Assembly (NCBI GenBank): GCA_977018835.1
Contig: OZ361259.1
Coordinates: 3,224,001-3,288,000 of the forward strand
DNA: 64,000 nucleotides
DNA from: Minutocellus sp. GHC0000111
Taxonomy: Eukaryota
Direction of reading: 5' to 3'
Shown here: piece by piece, positions 1 through 10,909 of the stretch
How the letters are laid out: each line of letters opens with the position of its first letter
How positions within the stretch are numbered: the stretch's first letter is position 1
Notes under the pieces: model-generated
The model's database searches: none
What the model was told of the DNA's origin: nothing
The model's input: only the letters and a program-made list of their open reading frames with translations
Position numbers and translations under genes: made by a program

Positions 1-377
1 ACACTAACCTGTATTTGCCGTAGTAATTCTTTTGGGAGTAACAGCCAGGTTATTGCTAAAGATTCGCACCATTTCAAAACATGAGCACGCAGCTCTACCC
101 ACACGAAGGGTCGAAGGACAGTTCTCTTTTATTTTATGCATTCACAAATACACTCAGTCAACAAATCACACACAAAGAACTCACCAGTAGTATCAATGAT
201 GGCCTTGCAAAATTCAAAGGCCTTGTCGCATTTCTCCTGCTCGGTCGGTTCCCGTTCTCTTTTGCCATTTTCATTGGCCATCTCGGGAAATAGCTCCTTG
301 ATGTGCGGGTCGAGGCCGACGCACAGATGAGAGTCGATGGCGGCGACGCGCTTCTCCAGCTTGGCGAAGAAGGACAT
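1..377 (-). CDS. Orotidine-5'-phosphate decarboxylase (possibly a bifunctional UMP synthase), 5' part; continues beyond the window start
   Basis: ATG at 377. MSFFAKLEKRVAAIDSHLCVGLDPH...AFEFCKAIIDTT matches the N-terminal LCVGLDP motif of type-2 OMP decarboxylases. A GTGAGT donor lies near 184 on the minus strand. Confidence 0.8.
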
Positions 378-1071
378 TTTCTTATTGGGCGTGGATATGA
401 AATTGGATGTGCAAGTTTGATCGTCGGTTGAGCTGTCGCTTTTGCACTGCCGAGGAGTAAAGGGGAGGAAGCCACAAGTGGAAAAATGAGGCGAAGTGGA
501 CGGCTGAGAATGGAGATGATACGCACAAAGGCCAGACGACATTTACCGCAACGAGCGGGCGAAAGGCGAACGGGGCGAAACGAGCACATTGGCAACATGA
601 TGTGGTCAAAAGTCCAGTGGATCGTACTGCCTCATTGGCACTCACCTTATTTATCTCCTCCCGTGGTGCGACCGAGACGAGCAAAAGAAGAATGAGCAGA
701 GATACCGCGCGTATCATGGAGCGAGTAAAAATGGGAGCAAACCTGCATATCAAGCACTCCCAAATTTTATTTTTTTTGTGGGAAGTGTTCATAAATGTTG
801 TATTGTAGGTAGTGCAATCAAATCCGAGACAAATGTGGCAATCGCTGAGAGGATCTGAGATTCGGACAATGAGCGATGAGCAGGAAGTTGCGTACCACTC
901 TTCACTCGTCGTTATTCATAACACCGAACGAACGACGTTGGTGCCAAAAGACCCTAGAGGAGTGAAAGGTCATGATTCCAAATACTTTGTGAGAAGCATT
1001 ATTAGTTGCACAATTAGCTAGCTACGTAGTTGCGATTCCCCGGTGTTGCAGAGCAATCGATCAAAAGAAAA

Positions 1072-2729
1072 ATGCCAACAATATCGTCCCGGTTGCTCGT
1101 TTGTTCTACAGTCGCCTCGCTGTTGCTGTGTTGCCTCAGCATCGTTGTTTTGGTGCAGACCTCCTTCAACACGAGCAACATTTTGTCGGCGCAATGGAAC
1201 GTACAAGAAATTTCTTCTGAGAGACATCTTGCATCGGCATCTTTGGGATCCAATTCTTCCAGCTCGTGGCCAATCAATGGATTGGTTTGATAAAGAGCGC
1301 TGGCTGGCAACCGTGTCGCAATTGAATTGTTTCTACGTCGAAAATATCTGCCATGGGGCTCGGCAGTATTTTTATGACAAGAGTTTCGGCGGCAAAGACG
1401 TGCAACAGCCACGATGGAAGATCGATCGGTCTACAAATGCGAAGCAAAAATATTTTTACAATAGTCCAGGGCATTCCATTAGTATTGGGGTGGAAGAGAT
1501 GGCAGGCCAGGAACAAAGCTGCTTCTACTCGCCGATTGAAAACCACATTGTTCTGCATGGTTCCCATAATGGTATGCTTGGGGAGTTTTATGCCCGAGTG
1601 TTACCTGGACTCAAGCATATGATGGAAACTCTCGCACCAGGTGAAGATCAACGCAGGTGGCAAGAAGGAACTCAGCTGTACTTGGACGCGTGGAAATCGC
1701 TTCCATATTTCCATTATGGGCAACCTACTTGACAGCCACCATTTGTTTCTGAGACCCTTTACATCAAATCCCGTCCTTCAGCTTCGCTCGTTACAAGAAA
1801 ATACTGGATGCTCTTGTATCAAACGCCTTTTCTTTTGTGGATATGAGAAAGTTAACAAGACCGATAGTGCACCAATATATAGACCAGGTACTGGCATCAT
1901 GGACGATCGATTCATGGACAAAGACGTCTCGTGGAGGGATTTGCGTGACTTTATAAGAAACACCACAATATCAAATGATCCGAAAGTTCAACAGATCATC
2001 AAGACAACTCGGACAGAAATGATCACGAACGTAGGGGGAGAGTTCTGAACCAAATCAAGTGAGCAAGATATCAAAATTGTTGGGTTGGCACAGCGGAATG
2101 GCCGACGTCGATGGACAAATCTTGAGGAAACACTGGCGCTGTGCAATGGGTTTTCGCCTAATGTAATTTGTGTGGAGGTTAATGTCGAGAAAGAAGAATC
2201 ACATGCCGTCAGCCAAGTCGTTACTTTTGGTGCTCTCGACATGCTCATTGGGATTCATGGAGCGCGGCTCACTCAGGCGATTTTGATGAAAGATGGAGCC
2301 GTTGTTGTTGAACTCCTGCCATTCATTCAACATGGTGACTTTGGCGCCTGGGTTAGTCGGCTTGACGACGAAACGCCTCTCGGTATAATATTTCGAGGGA
2401 CTGGTCTACACCACGTTGGTTATCCTCTAGGAAACAACAGCCTTATCTACGATGAAAATGGCAACTTTGGAGACAAATGGGCCGAGAGAGACTTTCGAGT
2501 TGATACTGCCATAATTGCAGAGGCCGTGCAAAGTTTCTTGCTTACAGATAACCGCACAGATCAAATGGTGGACTGCAAGAGCTTCCTGGAGAGGGGAGCA
2601 AATTTTACTTTATATAATATTCACTGCGAGGGTGCCTTGAAGCACGTTTATCGATCACACTGGGTGGATCCGAATGCTCTGTGTGGCAGAGACAACCATG
2701 CGTGGTGCCCCCAAAAGAAAAGATTATGA
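1072..2729 (+). pseudogene. Glycosyltransferase family 61-like (DUF563-type) type II membrane protein, disrupted copy
   Basis: N-terminal TM helix and the motif DMLIGIHGARLTQAILMKDGAVVVELLP (GT61-like). Relative to the paralog at 23220-24895 there are frameshifts near 1270 and 1720 and an in-frame TGA at 2046-2048 where the paralog has Gly. Confidence 0.7.
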
Positions 2730-2768
2730 TAACCAATACCTAGCTAGCTAAGAATTGCAGAATATCCG

Positions 2769-3739
2769 CTATTTATCTTTTCTAGCAACCCTCCACGGAG
2801 GCCAATAGACGCATATGGCTCTTCCAATGATGTTATCGGTGGGCAGACATCCCCATATGTGCCCGTCCAAAGACTCGTTTCGATTATCCCCCAATACCAG
2901 CACATTATCCTTTGGTACTGTGATGGGGCCATATTTATAATTCGCTGTGTCTTCCTTGGTGAAGGAGTCATCTTGTATCTTGCCATTGATATATAATTTC
3001 CCATCACGTTTCACTTGTGCTCGATCGTCTTCGGTGGCCACAACTCTCTTGATCAGTGCCTCCTTGGGCTTGATCTCGGAACTGTCCCCATACTCCTTGG
3101 TCAATATGTCCAACAAAGCCTGAGGTGGTGAAAATACCACAACATCACCCCGCTGCACTGGCCGTCCAAACCATTTGTTGGATATCTTCTCCACAAACAA
3201 TTGGTCGCCGACGTCGAATGTTGGATACATTGATAGGCTGGGAATGTACCTTGGTTCCACTGCAAAAGTGCGGACGAGAATCGCAAGGACGACGCTGATA
3301 CCATAAGTGAAGATATCTTCTCTGCCCTCGGCACTTTGTGCCCATCGGCGTAGACGAGAGATTAGAGATCGGCCGTTGCTGTTGTCCCCAGGGGTTTTCT
3401 CATTGTCGTCGTCGTCGTTCTTGTCATCTCCTCTCCTCCTTCCCCGCCCGTTGCCTCCGCCAGAGCCTCCATTCTTGCCACCTGAACCTCTAGTTCCGCG
3501 ACCCCCATTACCAGCCAATTGCAGGGCGAAGTAGGATCCACAAAACATTAAGCGCTTTGGATGATTGGCTTTAGTTGTCAAATCCCTCGTTGAACTAGAC
3601 CGAACACTTACACGTGAAATCGGCACAAACGCATCGGCGGTATCAACTACAAGAGATGGCGCCAGGAACAAGAAACCGACGAACATGAGGGTCGATTGTG
3701 TGAGAAGAGCTTTCCTTAGGCTCAACAACGGGTGATGCA
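2769..3739 (-). CDS. Signal peptidase I (thylakoidal processing peptidase), plastid-targeted
   Basis: Motifs EPRYIPSLSMYPTFDVGD (catalytic Ser), LIKRVVA (catalytic Lys) and VLGDNRNESLDGHIWG. Signal peptide ends in ADA-FVP. Start Met uncertain (3739 or 3687). Confidence 0.92.
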
Positions 3740-4008
3740 TTGTGCGGCTTATTCGTTGGAAGTCGGGAGAGCGGCTGGTCGAAGGCCGTCTCTTGCCCGT
3801 TATCGTCATCTTGCCAGTTTGCAAGTTGCGAGATGAAGCAAAAAGCCACTCGAATGACGATCGTGTCTATTTCGCATCATCGATATCTTTATGACGTGTC
3901 TTGAAATGCCACATCATGTGTTCAAAGTCACCAGCTGGCGCTGGAAAAGATACCTTGCTTTGGTTGGTGATGAAACACCGATAATCAAATTAGTGATTGA
4001 CGCGCAAT

Positions 4009-5745
4009 ATGAATGAATTTAGCCGGTCCCCGTACATTTTGCTGTTGGTCGCTGTGCTTGCCTTCCACTCGCCAAGAAGCATTCTCGCCGCCCAATCCGT
4101 CAAAGATACGCGAACCGAACAGCAAAAGCAGAAACGAATTGCCATCATCGGTGGAGGCATAGGGGGTACCTTCGCTTCCAAATACCTTGCCAAATACGAC
4201 GCTGGACAATGCCAAATAGATTCCATAACCATTTTTGATCCATCACCGCAATTGTCCACGGCAAACGGCGGCGTGGGCAAGCCGGGAGGCCCACCGACGG
4301 GGGGTTCCTCTGCCCATCTTGGACCCAATCGGCAGGGATCACGAGTCTCCACACTTACACTGCAAGATGGCACAGTGGTGGAATTGGGTGCCTCCATCAT
4401 CTTTTCGGGCAACGAATTGATATCGGAGGTTGTCGATGCTGCCAACTTGGAACGAGCCGAACCCATGAGTCCAGGCAAGGACAAGCAGAGTCGAGAGGAT
4501 GTCGGATTTGGCATTTATGATGGTGGCGGTAGATGGCCGTTCATTATTCATCCTGATACGCCCGATTACATGGTCGTGGCCAAAATGCTGTATCGCTATG
4601 GTTTGGATTTGATAAGGGTGCGTAACTCGGCATTGGATGCATTCAAAGAATTCCAAAAGATTTACCAGCTACTTGATGATAACAACTCCTTCTTTGACTC
4701 ACCAGATGAGTTATGGAAGGCGGTTGGCCTGTATGACATGACACGAATATCATTTGATGACTATCTAAGCCAAATCGGAGTGTCTGGTTGCGGCAAGATT
4801 GATACAAGTGCTTCGTGGTGGGACGCCTGGCACGAGGCTTTGCTTGCATGCCTCATGCCGCTATTCGATTTTGTACAGAACTGGATCCTCCCAGAAAGGG
4901 GAAATCTTCGGAGAGAAATTTGCGAGAGTATCAGCATCAACAATTACAATCAGAATAACGGCCGATTGAATGGACTTGCGGGCTTGGTGAGCTTTCTGCC
5001 AAGTCAAGGTAGCGTATTTTGCGTGCTGGGAGGGAATGGGCAGCTCATTACATCTGCATTTCAGCAGGCCAACGCTACTCATTTCGAGGGCTGCAACAAA
5101 CCAATACAACATATTGAGTCTGCGGTCGCATCGGCTGTAGTTTCAGGCGATACTATTGAGCTTGTCACTGAGGAAGGAAGTTCCGCAAACTTTGATATAG
5201 TAGTGCTGGCCGCACCGCTTCAACAGAGCCAAATTCATTGGTCAGAGGCGGCAGTAGACAAACTTCCTTCCAGTACTCGGCGGCGTTATACCCAAACAAT
5301 AACAACAATCATTGCGAATGGAACACTGCAAAGCGATTATTTCCACATATTAAATTCATCTCTTCCAAAGGCTGTAAGTCTGACAGAAAAGGGGAAGAAT
5401 GAAGGCGCATTTTCCTGCCTGGCTGAGCTCACAGACGACGGCACGTTCAAAGTGTTTTCAAGCAAGCCACTAACTGATGACTTGCTTGGAAAGCTCTTTG
5501 GAAAGACATACAATGTTCAATATCAAAAGGCATGGGGCGGTGAGCTCGGTGGTGCGTACCCTGACTTTGCGGGAGGCGGAGATGCCTCCACGTCGGCGGA
5601 ATTTCTTTTGTATGGGGACAAATCAAACGGAGCCGCTGTGTATTACGCAAACGCGCAGGAAGCAAGTGTATCGGCGATGGAGATATCGGCCATTGGTGCA
5701 AAGGCCGTGTCAAAGCTTGTTGCGAGGCGACTTGGTTTGTTGTAA
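4009..5745 (+). CDS. Prenylcysteine oxidase / prenylcysteine lyase
   Basis: Signal peptide, Rossmann motif RIAIIGGGIGG, VELGASII, FDIVVLAAPL, and C-terminal YYANAQEASVSAMEISAIGAKAVSKL typical of the PCYOX family. Confidence 0.88.
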   Translation: MNEFSRSPYILLLVAVLAFHSPRSILAAQSVKDTRTEQQKQKRIAIIGGGIGGTFASKYLAKYDAGQCQIDSITIFDPSPQLSTANGGVGKPGGPPTGGSSAHLGPNRQGSRVSTLTLQDGTVVELGASIIFSGNELISEVVDAANLERAEPMSPGKDKQSREDVGFGIYDGGGRWPFIIHPDTPDYMVVAKMLYRYGLDLIRVRNSALDAFKEFQKIYQLLDDNNSFFDSPDELWKAVGLYDMTRISFDDYLSQIGVSGCGKIDTSASWWDAWHEALLACLMPLFDFVQNWILPERGNLRREICESISINNYNQNNGRLNGLAGLVSFLPSQGSVFCVLGGNGQLITSAFQQANATHFEGCNKPIQHIESAVASAVVSGDTIELVTEEGSSANFDIVVLAAPLQQSQIHWSEAAVDKLPSSTRRRYTQTITTIIANGTLQSDYFHILNSSLPKAVSLTEKGKNEGAFSCLAELTDDGTFKVFSSKPLTDDLLGKLFGKTYNVQYQKAWGGELGGAYPDFAGGGDASTSAEFLLYGDKSNGAAVYYANAQEASVSAMEISAIGAKAVSKLVARRLGLL

Positions 5746-5838
5746 TAGTTGTCCTATTAGCAATTTGTTTACTTCGCTCGCTCGGAATCTTTTGGATACA
5801 ATCCAAAAATTCGAGATAGGAATAATAGGGCAAGACAC

Positions 5839-7458
5839 TCAGAAGATTGGAGGGGGCTCGTCACCATCGTCATCAACTGAATCGACATCGACGTCATCCT
5901 GTGCCACAACTTTCCGCATACTACCCAAAGCCTTCATTTGGCTCTCGATACCGCATCCAAACGAAGCCTCCTGCTTCACGCCCCCATTCTTTTCATCAAC
6001 AAGACCCGCGATCCGAACGCTGCCTGTCGGCTGCTTGCTCGCTTCCTCCATCATCGCCGAGGCTAGACCACACCTCGACGACGCCAACACATTTGCACCA
6101 GACGCCTCTCTTTGTTTCCTTGCCGCTGCCTCCTTCTCCTCCCTGTGCCTTCGAGCAGCACGGATGGATATCATATTCTCATTCTCGTTCACCTTGGGCA
6201 TGGTAATGACGAGCTGTCCTGCCGTGGTACTGCGCTGCGCTGTACTCTCCTCGGACCTGACCTCGGCGGGCAGTACTAATCGCAGCACCTTGCCCTTGAT
6301 GACCACAGTGACGTACGTCGGATGAACATCGACGTCAATCAAACTGCTCGACAGAAACTTGGGCAGAGAGATGCTGAGAAGGACCGAACCAGGTTGGCTC
6401 TCCTCGTCGAACCGAAACTGCCACTTGCCCTCGTTGCACTGCTTGATGTCGCCGCGTTCCTCCCGCCGGCGGGCCCTGTCGATGGCGGCTTTTTGATCTT
6501 CCTCGTTTTCCTTCTCTCCTTTGACCTGAGGCATGTTGGCCTTGTCCTGCCGCGCCTTTTCGGATTTTTGTTCTGCGAGCTCCCGAGCGATTTGCAATCG
6601 AACTTCTGGCGTGTGGCCGGTGAGCTCGTCGTCGCCCAGGATTGGGACGTGGGAGGAGGCGTCGAATCCATCTGGTCCCATTTCAATGACATCGCCATCG
6701 CCGGCAGTATCGGCAGTACTGTTGCTGACCTCGGCATCTCGCTTGGCCTTGGCCAGTTGGCGCAATTCCTTCTCCAGTTCCGGCAGCTGCTGCGTGGCCA
6801 AGATGCGCTCCGACCGCAGCACGTCCTTCCCATCCAGAGTGCGCAGATTCGGCAGGCGCGCAATCACGTAGGGGCGACATCCGTTCCATCCCGATTGCTT
6901 TTCTTGTTGCCCGTCGTTGCCGCCTGAAGCTGGAGGAGCTGCTGATATTTGAAGTTGTTTCGCCAGCTCAGCGATATCGTTTGATGATTCGGGACCGCCA
7001 CTACCAGGCACTGCATCGCCGTGGCCCATGCAAGGATTGCCCAGCAAAAACAGCTCCCTCAAACTCCGCAATCGGGCCAGCTCATCGACCATATCCTCCA
7101 ACGCATCGACGTCGACAAAGTTCAAGGTCAGGTCCAACTTTTCCAAAAACTCACACCTCGCCAGCAGCCCCGGCCGATCCCCCAGCGCCGTCAGATTGTT
7201 CAGCGCCAGGTTGAGGTAGGTGAGATTCTTGAGCATCCGCGTCTCGCGTTCGAGGAGAGTGGGTCCTATGCAGTTGTTTTGCAGAAGAAGGATTTTCACA
7301 GTGCGGCCGCAGGTACGACCGAGGACGGGGCCGATGGTTTCGAGTTCTTCCTGGTGCAGGGCCAGCTCTTCGAGGGTGGACACCAACCCCTCGTTGTGCT
7401 CGGACCGACGGCGGAGGAGGTCCAGGGTGATGTGACGGCGGTGGGGTTCGTCGGCCAT
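5839..7458 (-). CDS. LRRC6: LRRC6 / DNAAF11 (TilB) axonemal dynein assembly factor
   Basis: ITLDLLRRRSEHNEG..STLEELALHQ, LRRs (YLNLALNN, LEKLDLTLNF), LRRcap (YVIARLPNLRTLDG) and C-terminal QCNEGKWQF...LPKFLSSSLIDVDVHPTYVTVVIKGKVLRLVLP CS-like domain. Confidence 0.93.
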   Translation of the reverse strand: MADEPHRRHITLDLLRRRSEHNEGLVSTLEELALHQEELETIGPVLGRTCGRTVKILLLQNNCIGPTLLERETRMLKNLTYLNLALNNLTALGDRPGLLARCEFLEKLDLTLNFVDVDALEDMVDELARLRSLRELFLLGNPCMGHGDAVPGSGGPESSNDIAELAKQLQISAAPPASGGNDGQQEKQSGWNGCRPYVIARLPNLRTLDGKDVLRSERILATQQLPELEKELRQLAKAKRDAEVSNSTADTAGDGDVIEMGPDGFDASSHVPILGDDELTGHTPEVRLQIARELAEQKSEKARQDKANMPQVKGEKENEEDQKAAIDRARRREERGDIKQCNEGKWQFRFDEESQPGSVLLSISLPKFLSSSLIDVDVHPTYVTVVIKGKVLRLVLPAEVRSEESTAQRSTTAGQLVITMPKVNENENMISIRAARRHREEKEAAARKQREASGANVLASSRCGLASAMMEEASKQPTGSVRIAGLVDEKNGGVKQEASFGCGIESQMKALGSMRKVVAQDDVDVDSVDDDGDEPPPIF

Positions 7459-8859
7459 GGTCTGCTTTGGTTGGTACCACAAGGCAAGGCAAGTTCTATA
7501 CTCGCAGTGCCGTTGCTGCCTCGCGGTTTGAAAAATGAACAGAATGAGGACGAGTTGTTTCAAAGCTACGTAGGCTTTAGCAGGCGCGGAAATTTTTATT
7601 TCGTTGGACCACGCTCGATCAACGCAGTCAACAACTTCGAAACGGTCCGGGTCGGATGTGTTCGGCGGCTGGCTGTGCTTGCTATTAGCACCGGTAAATG
7701 GATACGGGTACCATGGTGAGAGGCAGAATGAGATCGATGCAATTGCATCGATTGTGTGGCGACAGACAGACCGTTGGTGCATTGCTCGAAAAAAACAACG
7801 GACGACTCTGCTGCTGCTGCACAAAGGGTGTCTACCTGAAAACAAGGTCACATTTGCTTGCCCATCTTTTTACACATGCATGACAACTGACTTATCTGCT
7901 ACATGTAGTTCAACTTCTTTCTTGCAATCTTCAATATAATGTAAATCAGAGAGATGAGGAACAAAACGTGATGTAGCGCCGGAATCTGGTAGCCAATTCC
8001 TGAAGTTGTTTTTGCGCTAGTCAACCGAACAGGGGGGCTGGTCGAGCACGTGCTGCGACGCTGCTGTCAGCACTGCTTCTTCTTTGATTTGATGGTAGCC
8101 TGAGACACGTGTTCTTTACCATGTAAACGTTGATGTTCCTCTTGGTCATCTGGTGGTGTTAAGATTGGTGGATGAAGGTGATGGACGCACCGCCCGCATG
8201 TGCATGTGTGTGTCTCGGCTGGCTCTTGATGATGATCATGGTCGCCTTGCATCATCATCCCTCACACAGATGTGTGTAGATCGAAGTCTTCCACCGTGCC
8301 CTCGGCCAGTTTTACTTTCCAGTCAGCGCCACTGTCTTTGATTGTTGTTAGAGCCGAAAATGCGGCCGCGCTAGCCTTAGACCTGCCACCACCACAGCCA
8401 GCCATGGTGCCCCTCTCTGCTCCAGCAGGCAAAATGTCATCAGTCAGGCAGGCTGGTGCATGCACTCTCTCCTTGATTTCACCCGAAGGCGTCGTAGGTG
8501 AAGCCTAATCTCTTACTCACAGTCCGTCCCCAGCAATAAGCATGTTCAACGTGCTTGTCTCAAGGCTTAGATTTCAGATAAAGCAAGCATGTTGAGGGCT
8601 TAGATTTGGGAGACATGCTGTTGTCAAAATTTTCCTTTTCCAACTGTGCAAATTAAGAAACCTATCATCATGACAGGTTTCTTTATGATGAAACAGAGAA
8701 AGAATTCAGCTTCGGCGACGGACAGACCATCACTTTTACGACGATATGACGCAATAAAGTCAAAAAAAATCGGGATGACGGAACGCCGTTGCCTGCCTGT
8801 GGTACCAGCCAAAAGCAGCCAACGCAATCAGCGTAGAGATACCGCATCGATAAGCAAAG

Positions 8860-9607
8860 ATGGCAACGAGAGGGAGAACGAATGATGCCGAATTGGCCGA
8901 GAGAAGTCGCCAGGCGGTCCAAAGTCTAGCGAAACGTAAGTTTGCGCTCGTGCTGTTCTTGCTCAACATGTGCCGGTTTTTGACCTTGACTTCCTCCTTC
9001 CACTGATCGATGTGCAGTGTTCGTTTGGAACGACCCTGGCAGTTCGCTGTATCACGTTGCCAATATTCTTACACGTATATATCACATTTACATTTATATA
9101 TCTTTCGACGCTCCAGTCAAGGTCAACTTCCTCGCGATTGACTTTGACCAGACCATCATCGACATTCACACCGGCGGCAAATGGAACGGCACGGGAGCCG
9201 AGCTGGCCACGCACATTCGACCCCAGTTCCTGCACTTCCTCCGCGCCGCTGCCGATGCCTCCATGCACCTGGCCGTCGTGACGTTTACGCCGCAAGTGGG
9301 ATTCGTCCAGGAGGTCCTCCGCGCGCACTTCCCGTCCTTCGCCGATAAGTTTATCATTCGAGGTCGGGATGGCAGCTGGCACTACGAGGGGAGCGGGTCG
9401 AGGGGGGGCAAGCAGCAGTTCATGGCCAGTGCCGTCGAGGAGTTGCAGCACCGGCATCCCGATGTAGAGTTTCCGAGGCGAACGACTGTGTTGATCGATG
9501 ACGATGTCAACAACATAAAGATTGCCCTGATGGATGGACACCGAGCGGTTTGGTTGAACCCCCAGGAGCCGGACCGACTGTTTACGGATATTGCTAACAT
9601 TGTTTAG
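8860..9607 (+). CDS. HAD-superfamily hydrolase-like protein, 2 exons (8860-8935, 9117-9607)
   Basis: Removing a GTAAG...CCAG intron (8936-9116) gives MATRGRTNDAELAERSRQAVQSLAKLKVNFLAIDFDQT. HAD motifs DFDQT, VVTF, GK and LIDDD are present. Confidence 0.8.
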
Positions 9608-9859
9608 TTGGGTTGGTTGGAAAAGAGATGAGCTAGTTACGGGGGGTCAAAGGTGCGGGGTTTGTGAATTGGGGCGATTGGAAATTCTACTATTTGACAC
9701 GGTTAGTCAGCCTGACAAGCAAGGTGTGTTGTGATTGGCGTTTCTGATGTCATTACGATTCGATTCTCAGCGCACCTCCTCATGGCACGGGAATTCGTCC
9801 TTGTTTCGTTTGTTGGGATAGTACGATCACATTGATCGTAAAATTGACACTCACTCCAA

Positions 9860-10696
9860 ATGGATCCAAACGAAGAACTGACAGTGGATGATAACGGGCG
9901 TTGCGACTTGCGCTATCGGGGCTTGGAGCAGTTGGACGAACGCTTGTTCGATGGGAACTTAGCAAGCCGTATCACATGTCTGGACCTGTCACATAATGCT
10001 CTCACCGAGCTCCCCGAGTCCATCGGATATCTCTCCAATCTAAAGGAGCTGAATGTGGCCTGCAACCGTATCGCCATTATTGACAAAGAAGGCATAGCCA
10101 AATTGAAGCGGCTGCGAGTCCTGAAGATCAACGGCAATGCCATCTCCTTGATACCCTCCTCGATATGCCGTTGCAAAATGTTAGAGTTTTTGATCGCGTC
10201 GGAGAATCAGCTGAGGGACATCCCTGCTTCTCTTGCCGATTGCCATTCGCTTCGTATTCTCAAGCTCCAGCACAATAACATTTCCGATGTACCCCTTGAA
10301 TTCCATCGTTTGTCTGGTTCCATCGAAGAATTTGATTTGTCGGGTAATACCGAACTGACAATGATCCCGGAAGATGTAAGAGCCAATGCATCAGTTGTGA
10401 TGTGGATCCTTTGTACTCATGCAAAGAAAAGAGATGACATTTGTAAGCTACAGGTGGCCACTAAGGAGGCTAAACAACGCATGGGGACAATCCAGGATGA
10501 ATCAGAACGTATGAAGAAGGAGATTGCTACCTTATCAGACCAAAAGAAGACCCTCACGGCCGACCTAGCTTCCGTCGCTACCTATCTCCGGCACCGCCGG
10601 AGGGTGGACAGATACAAGGTCAAGATCCGGGGGACTAAAATGACTATCCGCACCATGTTTGAGCTAAAGGCGGACAAGGTAGCCGCTCTGTCATGA
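9860..10696 (+). CDS. Leucine-rich repeat protein with C-terminal coiled coil
   Basis: Several LxxLxLxxNxL repeats (LDLSHNALTELPESIGYLSNLKELNVACNRI...) followed by a heptad-rich tail. Confidence 0.85.
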   Translation: MDPNEELTVDDNGRCDLRYRGLEQLDERLFDGNLASRITCLDLSHNALTELPESIGYLSNLKELNVACNRIAIIDKEGIAKLKRLRVLKINGNAISLIPSSICRCKMLEFLIASENQLRDIPASLADCHSLRILKLQHNNISDVPLEFHRLSGSIEEFDLSGNTELTMIPEDVRANASVVMWILCTHAKKRDDICKLQVATKEAKQRMGTIQDESERMKKEIATLSDQKKTLTADLASVATYLRHRRRVDRYKVKIRGTKMTIRTMFELKADKVAALS

Positions 10697-10909
10697 TCTC
10701 TTTATAGAATCAAGCATAATATTTCTATAAGTTGCCCCGCTTTCTACTTTAATGATACTCTAGCTAGTGGTTGTGGTGTGAAGTGATGATTGACATGGTG
10801 GGAGTGCGTTTGATGGGCGATAATTGTGTGTATGCGCTGTTAATCAAAAATGTGTGATGTGCTCTATTGAATTGTGGAATGTGTCGTGTTGAGAGAGTGA
10901 AAGATAAAA

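Noticed and set aside
7459..7851. 131-aa N-terminal extension of LRRC6 in the ORF track
   Set aside because: It starts at a non-ATG codon, and family homology begins right after ATG 7458.
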